This document shows, in pieces, positions 1 through 12,497 of a stretch of DNA of 64,000 bases. The position numbers were made by a program, and so were the translations under genes. How positions within the stretch are numbered: the stretch's first letter is position 1; each line of letters begins with the position of its first letter. The stretch comes from the human T2T-CHM13v2.0 reference genome, Homo sapiens. The stretch lies in assembly GCF_009914755.1 (NCBI RefSeq), contig NC_060934.1; one strand, written 5' to 3'. Under the pieces are notes generated by a model, which was not told the DNA's origin, did not search any database, and saw nothing but the letters and a program-made list of their open reading frames with translations.

Positions 1-1162
1 TTGCGACTGGGGGTCCTCGCCCCATCTGCCTCACTTGTTTTCACTCTACTTTCTTCTTTGGGTTTGGGAAATTTGTCAAGAAGACCTCTTTCATCTTCCT
101 CTAGAAAAGAGGTCTGAGAATCTGCCCTCCCTTCCTAGAACTTACCACTGTCCCTAACCCACAACTGGTGCTGACTAAACTCAAGTTGGTTGGATGGATG
201 AAGAGACCATTGCAGGCAGCCCTGGAGAACCTCCCTCTTTCAAGTTCCTTCCCAGGAAAGAGTGTCTCTTGGGGCCACGGTTTTGTCCCTCTTCGCTAGC
301 TTTGCCTTCATGGAAAGAATAGTACAAACATTTACAAAGAGCTCCAGACTGAGAAGGTAATTCCCACTTATTCCCAGCTGGTGTGATGTGAGGAGTGTTA
401 CCCCACCAGACCAAGGCGCCCAAATCCACATGCATGCCTAATAGCCAGTGGGACACCTGTGCTTTCTTTCCAAATCCCTCAATGAACTGTCTTGAGAAAG
501 ACTCACTCACCCACTGCCTAGATCAACCCATACCACCACCAGCCCTGTCTCTCACACTCTACATTTTCCCTGCCGTGTGGTTTCTGGGCTCAACTTCTTG
601 TTTTTTAATTTCCAGGACCAGAAGCTTTCCTATGGTATTAGCATTATAGGTCTCCATGAAGTAGCTGAGTGGGTCGAGAAGTAGAGTTTATGCAAATAAT
701 TGGGGAGTAATCAATACTGTAGCTGGGGTAAATAAAACAATTAGAAAGCCATCAACAGGGAAGAACTAATTCTTCTTGGGGGAAGAGAAGAGCAGGGAAC
801 ACCATCAGCAAAGAGGTGATGTGGGAGCATTTCAAAGGTGGAAGGAAGCAGAAAGAGAAGATGACGGCACATTCTAAAATGAAGGGAGGAGGGGTTGCAA
901 AGGAATCAAAGCATCCCTGACCTCTCCTTCAATCAAAAAACTGTAAACAGAATATGTTTATTTATATGCGTTAGTATTTTTTCTCTTTGCAGGGGTAATT
1001 TTATACCTTTATGGAAAATCATTTAAAAGCCTTTTATCTATTAGAATTAAAAAGTATATAAGAAAAACATAAAAGCAGTAAGGGCAATGTTATTTCAGAC
1101 AACTCAGAATAATTTAAATCGCCATCTGGAAAGCCCATCAGCGACAGAGCCTTCTGTGGCCT

Positions 1163-1166
<4 letters not shown>

Positions 1167-1210
<44 letters not shown>
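1167..1210. repeat. (TC)22 microsatellite
   Basis: Perfect TC dinucleotide run read directly. Confidence 0.97.
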
Positions 1211-1212
<2 letters not shown>

Positions 1213-1714
1213 GCTCACAGGTCAGCCCAGAGCATCTGAACATGACCCACGTGGCCCAAGACTCGTGGTGACTTCTCACGGTGGCATGGCTCTGACTTGG
1301 AATTCCCCTGTAGAGGTCCTCCTGGGTGACATCATGTGCATTCCATGCTGTGAGGTGTTTCGAGCCTGTGAGTGTGAACTTTCTTTATGGACAGGAAGCA
1401 AAGGAAGGAAAGTGAATTTAGGAAAACAATGGTCATCTTAAAAAAGAGGTCAGATTTTAAACAAAAGTTTACCAGCCTGTTTCATATTTCTACTTATTTG
1501 GAAACAAGGCTGTTGAACTGTCCTGACAGGCTCTCTCAGACAGAGCTGGGCCCTACAATGGCGTTTTATGCAGGGCTTTGTGGGGAAATTTGGTGAAACA
1601 AGCCCCTGGGAGTTCTGTACCCACCCACGCCACAGGGAAGCCAGGGCAAGCTCTCTGCTTTTAAAGGGCTGGTGTAATAGAGCTCAGGGCTGGTGGGTTA
1701 ACGGCATTACCCTT

Positions 1715-1830
1715 ATTAACCACCTCATTTAATTCTCACCCCGGTGGGTTGTATCTCCCATCTGAGAAAACAGGCTCAGAAAGTTGTTTCTTGCCTACAC
1801 TGTCAGCACTAGTGAGCGCACAGAACCGTA
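1715..1830 (+). mobile_element. MIR SINE fragment
   Basis: cctcatttaattctcac...atctcccatctgagaaaacaggctcagaaagtt...cttgcc resembles the MIR core. All MIR strands here mean the strand reading gaggaaactgaggc; orientation versus the database consensus is unverified. Confidence 0.6.
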
Positions 1831-4800
1831 CCTAGGTTCATTTGATGCCAAATGTTCACCCCAACAGAGGGAGGATAAAGAAGGAAGAGAATGGAGGTTA
1901 GAATGAGAACCAGTGAGTGTGCGGCCTGCAGTCAAAGTCTGTAATTGTCTCTCCTGTGGCTTGGCCAGGACAGTCCCGCTCATTAGCTTGTTTGGCCAAC
2001 AGTGGTTTCTAATGAGGGGACTTGGGAAGATAGAGAGAAAAATAGCAGTCATGTGGTAAAAGTGTTAAGGTTTGTAGATGCAATGAATCAACACAGGGAG
2101 AAAATAGTCAAGTTGGGAGAAGAGAAATCACTTCCCCAACATTCAAGCTTAACTGATTTGCTTTGGGTTCAGCCTTCCACTCTTGAGTCCAAATACTACA
2201 TCATGTCTGAATGTTCCTGTCTTGAAATGGTAACCTAATAATCTTCCCAGTCCTCAGGGAGATGGAGCATTGTTTGTTCCCTTCACCTTCTGCCCTTAGA
2301 AAGCACAGTCTTTTGGAAATTATCTTTGGCTCCTTGGATTTAAGCACTGAAGGCACTGCAGCCTTGTCGTGGTTCAGAAAGAACGCACGCTCTCCACGGG
2401 CCTGTTCAGCCCCCACTCCAGGAAGATGCCACTTGGCCTCAAAATATTAATGTTGGTGGGTTAAACTGGACCCTTAACCTCCTTTCCAAGTCATAACGGG
2501 TATGCAAACAGAGGGGTGGTCCTATGTGAGCTGGAAATAATGTTCTTGGCTGCCGCTTCCTTCTCTTTCTATTTTAGTCCTCAGGGACATGGCTTTTTTG
2601 CTTCTTTGAGATTTGGGAGTCTTGAGGTTTTATTGCAAAAAAAAAAAAGAATTCTGTGTGGTTTTAGAAGGCAAGTCACTTTTGAGTAATTTAAACCCTC
2701 ATTTATCTAAACACGGAGGCTGAGGACCTCTTAGCGAACTGGGTCCCATGTTATAAAACTTTTGGCAAATATTTGTCATCTATCCTGTGCTCTGCCCACA
2801 CTCTTACCTAGCAAGTCCCGTCGTCATCTTTCCAAGCCAGTTTGTTCCTGCTGGTTTCTCTTCTTAGGTGTGCATTTTGTGCATGTATGTGCAGATGCCT
2901 GTGCACATGAGCATGTGCTATACAGGAGGTCATGTTACAGAGAGCAGAGGCTGCGGCTGTTTACCAAGCCCTGCAGCCAGTGAGGTTCAGGGATAATTAA
3001 GAGAAATCTCCCTTGGCAGAAATGTGCCTGCTTGGGTCTGCTTCTCATTTTGGACAATTGGAAAAGGCAATCACTCAAGTTTTATTGATGCCAAAGAGTT
3101 TTTCACAGTCATCAATATGGGTTACAAAAATGAAGTTGTTGACATCTTATTTCTGGGGTTTTTTCTTTCAGATAATTGTAAGCCCTCAAGCATCATATAT
3201 TCTGAAATAAGGCAGTTCCACCCCAGAACATAGCATTTTCAATGCACTACATGCAATTGATCTTACGGACATTCTGCCAAATTCCTGACCAATCATATCC
3301 ATCTGTATCTATCAAGCGCATTCAGAGTTCTCTCGCTGCTGTAAGACAGAGGAAGAGTAAAATCTAAGAGTAAAGTCAGAGTAAAATCTGACCTTGATTT
3401 TACTCCAAGAGGTGTGAGATAAGATTTAAATTCTACATGACTGCTTTTAGCTATTTCTTAACATGATGTATATATTTTGGGTATTAATTCCTAGGGTGTT
3501 GTAGAGTTTAGCTTGCTCCCTTAAGCTCCCTGTTAGTTAGGTCTTCTGGACTGCTTTGTTTTTACTCTTGGACCAACCTGGGCTGAGGCTCTACTTGGGA
3601 GCTCAGTTCAGCAGCTGTGAGCCCTGATTATCAGCTCTCTAGGTCCTAGGAACTCATTCGAATATCTGCTAGGTTTCCCAGCTTCCACGGGCTGGAAGAG
3701 GACATCTTTCCTCCCCATTTGCAGAGAGACAGCAGCCCAGGACTGAGCTCTTGGCAGCAGCCCTCTGTCCCTGTCATAGAAGGCCAGGCTCTGTGCCCAG
3801 ATGATCATGATGGGGCATAAGGCTGGCTTAGCCAGTCAGGGGCTGCCCTCTGTGAGCTCAGAGGAGACTTGGGCAGGCCTTGGTGCCTGCCCCTCATGGC
3901 ATGAGGAGCCATGCTGATCTCATGAAGGAGGAGCCATTTCCCCCAGGTCAGCTCCCTGAGGGCTCAGACCTGAAACCAGGTGCACAGGAAGCTGAGTCAC
4001 TAGGGGCCAACACAGTTGCTCTCAGCCCTGGGGAACGCAGGGGAGCTCATTACAGCTGGCAGAAGTCCTCACCATAAAAGCAGAGGTATTTACTAGCCCA
4101 GGAAGGAAATGGAGTGACCCATATGTAGTATTACCATGGAGGAACTCTATGAAAGTCACAGTTTTAGCCATCTTTTGTTTAAGATTAAAGAGCTAAGTAG
4201 AATAATGGAATAAGTTGAAGGTATTTGTCAGGCCACCGGGATGATGTCATTTGCTTTCTGTCATTTCTAAAACTGGAGCCAATTTCAGAAACTGAAGCCA
4301 CCCCTTGCCAAATTATCCTCCTCTATTCTAGAGGGTAAATACTATTCTAGACTGCTCTTACCAATCTCCACTGAAATCCATGTACACATCTATAGTTCCT
4401 TTTTGTGGAAAAGAAGTCAAAGTTTAAATAAGTTTCCCAATGCCACAAAAGAGTTAAACAATCTGGACATTTTTCTCAGACCACCTCCTCTATCATCCAT
4501 CTAAAAATGTGCTTCTCCCTCCAGATATGTGCAATGCTGCAATCAGTTGCCATGGAGACCACACTCTGGCCCTGTACCCTCAACAGCATGGTTAAATAAG
4601 TGGTAATGTCAGACCTCTCAAAGCATCTTGGCGGCCCCAATCCAGGTCCCAGAGCTCCAGCCAGCACAGGCCTGGCCAGCGTGGGCACCGGGCTGGGAGC
4701 TTGTGGGAGCCTGGGTGGTCTGGTGCATCCCTGGCCAATGTTTAAATGCTGACTTCACGTGTGGGGTTGCCCTGGTGGGTTGCGGTAGAGACACTCCTCC

Positions 4801-6309
4801 CATGAACTGCTGATAAGAATGAACATTGTAAAAGAAACAATTTGTAACTGGCTATGGCAAACTCTTCTTTGCCATGGGTCTGGATTCATGAAATACAACA
4901 TGACCCCAACAGAGCTTTAATGTGTTCAGGAGCTGGTTGTTCTTTACCTTCCTCTTGCCCCTCTAATGAGTGATTACCTGCATGCCCATACCCGCTGATG
5001 CCCAATGTACACACAGCTAGAAGTATAAATGAGTGCGTTGACCACCGAAGGTCAAAAAATATATATATATATTTTTACATGATATTGCTATAAATGACAG
5101 GACTGTGGGTCTGAGCCTGCTGGAAAGCAGCTGACTTTAGGTATTCTGTCAGTGGCCTGTTGGGAAAGCCCTGCCCAGCTGGGTAGCTCCATATGGCACC
5201 ATATTGACCAGTTGCAGTGTCTTTCTTCTGGATTTTGAAAATGAGACACACACAGGGATGTCAACATTGGGCCAGGGTGAGCCAGATGACTCACAGAGAG
5301 GGTCTGTGAGAAGACGCCTTTGGATAGCAGGGCGTGTGTGGGCTCAGGGGCATTTGATTGGCAGCAATCAAACGGGGATGCAGAGATGAGAAAAGTCAGA
5401 TCTCCATGTGGGGTACAGGGCAGAGTGCAGAGCACACTTGCCCAGGATGGGGTGAAAGATGCCTCCTTGCAGTTGGCCTGAATTTTAGATATTTTTCATT
5501 GGTGGATGCTTTTCCCTCTCATCTTGACTTCTCTCTTAGGATGAAACCCAAAGCTGTCCTCACTTTTCCTGCCAGACAGATTTCCTTAAGTGAGCCATGT
5601 GTTGGTAATGAAATCCTGAACCCATGCGGGGTTAGACAGAACCAGCAGTGCTTGATGATCTATCAGATGTGGGTGAAGACAGAACAGAGCAAGGTATGAC
5701 ATGGTGCCCAGCCTCTGCTTGGCCACAGCCATGGAGGACCGGGCGAGAGAGTGCAGAGAGCGAGGTGGTGCTAATGTGCCCTGAAAAACAGTTTCTGACC
5801 TGCGTGATGATAAAATGAATCTGAAGTGCCTTTCAAAATTGTTTATTCTTCCTCCCTTTGCTGCTGTTTCTCCTCCCCTTTCCTCCTCTGCTTCTCCTCT
5901 GCAGGGCAGCACATCCATTGAATGTCTTATCAGCTTCCCTGGTGTTTTCAGGGCAAACAGGCCCCCTGATCCATCTCTTGAAGGAAAATCTTTGTTATGA
6001 CATTTCTAGCTCAGAGCAAGGCATGCTCGATATAATTAATTGGCAATTCCTTGGGATGGAAAAGTTCTGCCAAAAATGTTCTGAGTTCAGGGTGAGCATG
6101 TAAATCCTTTCTGAGCTCTGATCTGCAAGCTTGGGGGCAGGAGATCACAGAAATTAATGATTGGCATCTTTTCTGCAGTCAATTTCCCTCTAAAGGTCAG
6201 CAGTGGCAAAGCACACCTGGGAAGCAGAGCTTTGTAGAACCTGATAAGAATAAGCACCCCGTGCAGTGTCACTACATGCCACGCTGTCTGTTCTAGCTCA
6301 TATGTGTGC

Positions 6310-6465
6310 TAATCCATTTGCTTTTCACAGCCATGTGAAGAGGTACTTTTAATATCCCATTTCCTGGATGAAGAAACTGAGGCACAGTGAGGATAAATAG
6401 CTTGCATAAAGACATAGGATGGGAAAGGGCTGGGCTGAGCCTGTGGTTCCGGTCCAGGCTCTCGG
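6310..6465 (+). mobile_element. MIR SINE fragment
   Basis: atatcccatttcctggatgaagaaactgaggcacagtgagg is the MIR core. Confidence 0.75.
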
Positions 6466-6913
6466 GCCACCACACCCCATCCTGCCTTTCTGTATCTCTG
6501 CATCTTCCATTGCTCTTCATCTGATGAGCCCTAGGCTTGATTACACCTAGATTTCTCTCCATACTGCAGCCAATTTGAAATTATTTTCTTTAAGTTTTTA
6601 GGGGGAAAATACTTTCCTATAGAATTAACCAATAAGGAAATCCTGTTCAGAGAGGACCCTTGCATGGGTTTGCAGCATCAAGGGATTGCTGTCTGTTAGG
6701 GTGAAGATGTGGCTAAACTTGAAGCCTGTCTCCTGGAACTAATACTCATCTAGAGGGGTGGGCCCCTCCAGTGCTACTGTGCCCCCTGCAATGGTACAGG
6801 CTCAGCAGTTGACACAGGGCTGCTATAGGTGCATGAGCCCATCTGATCTGCACAGGAGTGCAGTGTGCAGGACCCAGGGTGGAGAATTTGGGATTGCACC
6901 TTCATCTTCACAC

Positions 6914-6987
6914 TTCCTTTTCCCCTCCCCTTCTCCTTTCCCTCCCTCCCTCCCTTCCTTCCTTCCCATTTTTTCTTCCTCTTTTTA
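6914..6987. repeat. Polypyrimidine (CCCT/CCTT) low-complexity tract
   Basis: About 70 nt almost entirely C/T on the plus strand. Confidence 0.85.
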
Positions 6988-8249
6988 TCATGGCACATAC
7001 ATCCTCTGACTACATGCCCCATACAACTCACTGAGCTGACATGTGCTCAAAGACACCAGTCTGCTAAGTGTAGATTGAGGGCAAATCCTTTCTGAAGCCC
7101 TCAGGTCCTGAGCTGGAAGCTACCACTTGGCTGATGTAACTCCAGGTGTCTTCTTTGCTCATTACGAGTTGCACAGGCACCTATGGCCTTTTTACAGGGC
7201 CTGCAATTGGGTCCAGCTCCTTCCCTGAGGTTTTACACCTTCAGGGACAGTTGAGCTCTTGCTGGCTCATCTTGCTGCCTGAGTACCCAAAATTTGGTGC
7301 CTTGAACTGATTTCTGATCCATCAGCTTCGACCTTTAGCCCAGGTGCCGAAATTTTGTTTTCAAAACAGAGCAACCTATAACTCCATCCTGTTTGGATTT
7401 TTTTAAACTGTTACTTCTTATTCTTACATAGCTCATTTTTCCCCCTTCAAGAAATCCTTATTCTTCTAAATTATTCTAAACTCTACCAAATTTTCACCCC
7501 ATACCCTAGAGTCGTAACCCTCCCTCCTCATAGGCACTCACTAAGGACTAGGGACATAGTGGTTCAGCTTTTCCAGGAAGCCGAGGGTTCCTGGCTGTGC
7601 CAGGAACCTGTCCTGAGTCTTTTGCCTCTGAATCACCTCTGCTGTGATGCTCCATCCAGGAATGAAATGATCCCAAAGCGGCCTCGCCGCCTCGTCAGAA
7701 CTCGACTTGCTCGGTGGGGATGAGAGTGGAATGGAGAGCCGTGTCCACTTCTCTTGCCCTCAAGATGCAACACCTACTGAACCTGCAGCTTCCCCATTAC
7801 TTGGACACCCAGCCCCCTGTGAATTCTCCCCACTCCGCCCCCGCCTCCTACCAGGCGCCTCTTTATCTCCGCCTGCGTCAGCATCCGGCTGGCTCTCCAC
7901 TCAGAATGTGGTCTCTCTCTGCCTCTCCAGCCCCACCTGTCCCCGGCACCCAGGCTGTGTCCTGGGGCTCTGCGCTCTGGCCACCCTCACAGTGACTGTC
8001 CAGGTAGGGTTTAGTGGCAGGCCCAGAGAAGGAGAATGGCAAACAGAAATGCCTCCTCAGTGTCCTGTGTGCTGTCTGTCTCCCCTGCTCTGGCCCACAG
8101 TCTCCCTGGGGCCAGGAAAGCACCCGCCATGCTCATCACTGTCCAGTGCCAGATGAAGTGCCTTGTAGGACAGTCTCAGGCATCCCTACTGGCCCGACCA
8201 CCACTGACCAACCACCCACAGGCGTGCCCACTGTGCCTGCCAAGAAGTG

Positions 8250-8590
8250 TGCACACATTATCTCATGAGCCCTCTTAAAAATCCTCTGAAGAAAACTTTG
8301 TTCTTATTTCCATTTACTAATGAGGAAACAGGCTCAGAGCAACTGAGGAAGTGGCTCCTCAGCCTCGCTGATCAGCAGAATCACCCTGAAGCTTTTGGAA
8401 TACAGATTTCTGAGTTTCTTTCCAGACTTCCTAAATCAACATTTCTAGAGTCAAAATATCTGTAATTTCCAAGAGTTCACCAGGAGCTTCTGATGATCAG
8501 TGGAGTTTGGGGCTAAATTAATTATCCAGCCCCCAAAGCTAGTAGGAGAGAAAGGCATGATTTACACCTGGGCGTAGCTGGCTCTAGGAC
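8250..8590 (+). mobile_element. MIR, interrupted by a MER5-type element
   Basis: ccatttactaatgaggaaacaggctcagag before 8350; resumes as taattatccagcccccaaagctagtagg...gatttacacctgggc after about 8517. Confidence 0.65.
8350..8517. mobile_element. MER5-like hAT-Charlie MITE
   Basis: agtggctcctcagcct...cagaatcaccctgaagctttt...aatacagatttctga...ccaggagcttctgatg...agtttggg follows the MER5 layout. Confidence 0.65.
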
Positions 8591-9439
8591 CTCTGTCCTC
8601 CTGCTACAGAAACCAGGGAGTGACAGCCTCTCCTCCTGTTCTTGGAGAAGTGGAGCCTCAGGGAGCATCTGGCCATACAGCAATTAGCTGCAAGGCAGAC
8701 ATTAGAAGCCACATCCTTGACCCTGGTCTGTGGCATATCCCATTCTCTGGCTGCCTCAATGCGTTTATATCCCAGGCACACGGAGAATATTGGCTGTTCT
8801 GGAAGCCAGAATTTGATGGATGACTAGAATGTAATATTACAGAAATGAGTTTTAGAGGCTGGTCATTTTCAAATGAGGTAACAGGTCTGAATGTGGCACA
8901 AGTGAGCAGAAGTGTATGCAGAGCACCTGCTTTGTGGCCTGGGAGTGGCCCTGCCCACCTTCCCTTCTCAGCTTTCCCTGGGCATCGACGTGGTACCAGG
9001 GCCTCGGCTGGGGACTGGGGTTCACAGGTGAGGAGAGCACCCTAGTTTCTCTGCAGAAGTGAATGGCCCAGCCCCTCTCTGGCATACCATAGCAGGCAAT
9101 CAGGATGGCCTGCGGGAAGAGACAGGAAGTGCAGTGGATGGCATCTGAGCCTGCTGACCAGGAGTGACAAGAAGGTGCCAGCCATGCAAGAATCTCAGCG
9201 GGTAGGGGTGGGGAGTGGTGGTGCAGAAAAGCTCCTGCAGGCATGTGAGCCTGCTGCTTCCTGCATTGGAAAGGGCCAGTTTCACTGGCGCAAAGGGGGT
9301 ATGAAAGAGAGAAATGTTGGATGAGACATAAAAGTCACTTGTACCCACTTTTGGAGATTTTTTTTACTGCTTGAGTGGTCAAAAACATTCTTGACTGTTT
9401 GCATTTTTTTCACTTTGTTGTTTGTTTTTGCTTCTGCCT

Positions 9440-9872
9440 GCCTGGCGTCCACCTCATCTTCTGGTAACAGCTCCCTAATTTTGTGCTGGAGGCCCTTTCT
9501 CCATAGGGTAGCTTTCTAGTGGGGCTGTCAACCAAGTTGTCCTAACCTGCTCCCATCTTTGCTGACCAATAAGTCAGGATGGGACCAAGCCAGGTCAATC
9601 CACTGTTCTCTCCTTGGAATTTTTGTCTGAGAGGAGAAACTGGAAGTGCGATTGCCCTGGGCTTCCGTTCGCCCCAGTAACTGCACCCCAAAGGCAGAGG
9701 CCATCATCAATTCAAGTCCTCCACATCCCTGAACTATCCTGAGTCCTGAGTCTTGTCGTTTTGGAAGTCTGGTCCTTCTATTTCTATTTTTTGAATCTCT
9801 CATAGCCTTTCAATTAAAAATGCTTTTGCTTTCATAAGCCATGGTTGTTTTCTGTTGCTAGCCACCAAAATA
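9440..9872 (+). mobile_element. Old ERVL-class solo LTR (LTR33/LTR16-like)
   Basis: ttctggtaacagc near the start, gaccaagccaggtcaatc internally, and the 3' end attaaa...gttttctgttgctagccaccaaaa. Confidence 0.5.
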
Positions 9873-10299
9873 GAAACAAAAGCAAAAACAACCGAGAGAT
9901 CCACAGGGCTAGAGAATACACTCCTAATTCTGAGAATGCTTTGGTGCAGTGGAAAAGCTTACCCCTGGAGAACTGCCTGTTGTTTGCTCTATGCTTTGGG
10001 AAATAATCTGGCAGCAGTAAAGAAATGGATAAAAATAGAGAAAACTGAAAAGTCAATGTCAGTCCATTGCAAAACCAACTTGAACTGTGACTATGTGCCA
10101 GGCCCTGAGTTAGCCACAGAGAATTCAGAAATGGAGCAGGGCCCTCCCACCCTTTACTTCCCCTTTCCCTAAAGAACTCACTTATTTTGTAGGGAATATA
10201 ATTAAAGGACTACTCTCTGACTCACCCAGGCAGAGCTAGCACTGCTATGCTTAGCTTCAAAGATCTTTCTAAGTCACTTTCCTATGTAGTTAATCCCAT

Positions 10300-10461
10300 T
10301 GTCCCATAACTTTGGTTGTGTTTATCTGCCTCCCTCAGTAGTCTCTGAGCTCCACAAAGGCAACTTTTATGTTTACTGGCTTATTCTTACCTTTTATATC
10401 CCTCATGCCTAGCTTGGAGCTTGACTCATGGGTTAACAGATGACTATTGAGTGAATGGATG
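10300..10461 (+). mobile_element. L2 3' end fragment
   Basis: tctgcctccctcagtagtctctgagctccacaaaggca...tatatccctcatgcctagc...tattgagtgaatggatga. Confidence 0.65.
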
Positions 10462-10865
10462 AGAGGATGTATGGGACATCCAAGCTAAAAGGAAAAGGAC
10501 TGGACAGGAAACTTGTAATGAATCAATGCACAAGGCAGGCTTCCAGGTGTGGAGTAAGGTGTCGAGGCATCAGGAACAGTGTTCAGCTTCAGCGTGGCAT
10601 CCTGTTCTGCCCTGGGCCATGCCTCTGCACAGCCTGGCCCTTCTCTCCTTCCTCTCCAGTTTGGATTTGTTTTCTCCAGACTTTGGATTTTGCCAAAGAT
10701 ATCTCTCTTCTCAGATGACCCCTAGCTTTGGGTTTCCCAAGTCTCCCCTGGCAGGCTCTGGCTTCTGTGCTCTGTGCTCGCTCTTCCTCTCAGTCCCTCC
10801 CTGCAGGCAGTGATGCCCTTCTGCTGACTTCAGCCTGGCCCAGGGTCAAGCCCGGTGGACCTGGA

Positions 10866-12497
10866 GACACATGATTGCCTATGTAGAAAATCTGACGGAA
10901 CCTACAAAAAAGCTAGCAGAACTAATAAGTGAATTTAGTAAGATTGCAAGACAAAAATCAAATACAAAAATCAATTTTATTTTAATATGCTATAGTAACA
11001 ACCCCCCAAAAACTAACATTAAAAACAGTATTATTTAGAATAGCACTAAATATGAAATACTTAGAGATAAATCTGACAAAACATGTGAAAGACCTCAACC
11101 TACACCAATAACAAAATACGTTGTTGAGAAAAATTAAATAAAACCTAAATAAGTAGAGAGCAATATGTTGTTTGTGAGTTAGAAGATGCAACGTTATTAA
11201 GATGTAATTCTCCCTGAATTAACAGAGTCAATAGGATCCCAATCAAAATGTCAGCAGACTTTTTTTAAGAGAAAAATTGTAAGTTAATTCTAAAATTCAA
11301 AAGACCTAGAGTAAAATTTGAAAGACCTATAGTAGCCAAAACAGCTTAAAAAAAAAAAAAAAAAACAAAGAACAAAGTTGGAAGACCAACACTACCTGAT
11401 TTAAGGACTTATTATAAAGCTACAGTAATCAAGATAGTGTAGTATAGGCATTAAGATAAACAAAAAGATCAATGGAACAAAACAAAAAGTCAAGAAGTAA
11501 ACATAGTTATATGGGATATTGATTTGCAAGAAAAATGCAGAAGCATTTCAGTGGAGAAAGGATAAGTCTTTTCAACAAAAGACTGTAACAATGGACACAT
11601 CCATGCAAAATAAAATGAACTTTTAACTTATGTCTTGTATCATATACAAAAGCTTAACTCAAATGAATCATAGACTTAAATGTGAAATCAAAAGCTATAA
11701 ATCTTCTAGTAGAAAATGGAGGAGAAAATCTTCATGCTCTTGAGTAAGGCAAAGATTTTTTCAAGATACTATACCAAAAGCTCAATCTATAAAATAAAAA
11801 TAAAATGGGTACATTGAACTCATTAAATTAAAACTTCTGCTCTTCATTGTTGATGGAATGAAGACAGACCACAATCTGGGAGAAAATATTTGCAAATAAA
11901 ATATCCAAAAAAAGACTTAATATCCTAAATAGGTAAAGAGCTCTCAAAACTCAATAATAAGGAAAAACAACTAAATGTGCAAAAGATGTGAACAGACATC
12001 TCACCACAGAAGGCATAAATATGCAAATAAGCACATGGAAATATGCTCAGCTTTTCAGGAAAATGTAAATGAAACCCACAAAGATACCACTACACAGCTA
12101 TTTGAGTGACTAAAATGAAAAAGACAGCATACCAAGTGTTGACAGGAATGTGGAGAAACTGGAACTCTTCTACACATTGGAAAATGGTTTGCTAGGCTCC
12201 TAAAAAAGTTAAATATATGCCTGTAACATAATCCATCCGTTCCACTCCTGTATATTTATCTAACATAAATGAAAGCATATATCCATACAAAGATTTATAC
12301 ATCAATGTTCACAGCAGCTTTATTTGTAGTAGCCCAAACTGGAAACAATCTAAATGCCCACTGGTAGATTAACGGATAAACAATCTGTGGTATATACATA
12401 CAATGGATTATGACTTGGCAACAAGAGTGAACTATACTGAGTAAAATAAGCCAGACCAAAAAAAAAAAAAAAAGCGCACACTGTATGATCCATTGAC
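10866..12497 (+). mobile_element. Old L1M (L1MC/MD/ME-type), degenerate 3' half of ORF2 into 3' UTR
   Basis: atgattgcctatgtagaaaatc (MIxYVEN, just after the RT DD motif), gacttattataaagctacagtaatcaag, gcagctttatttgtagtagcccaaactggaaacaa; A-rich with many frameshifts. Confidence 0.92.

Noticed and set aside
1034-1279. ORF with a poly-ER run
   Set aside because: Translation of the (TC)n microsatellite.
4852-4877. Short hairpin atggcaaa-ctcttc-tttgccat
   Set aside because: An 8-10 bp stem is expected by chance in 64 kb.
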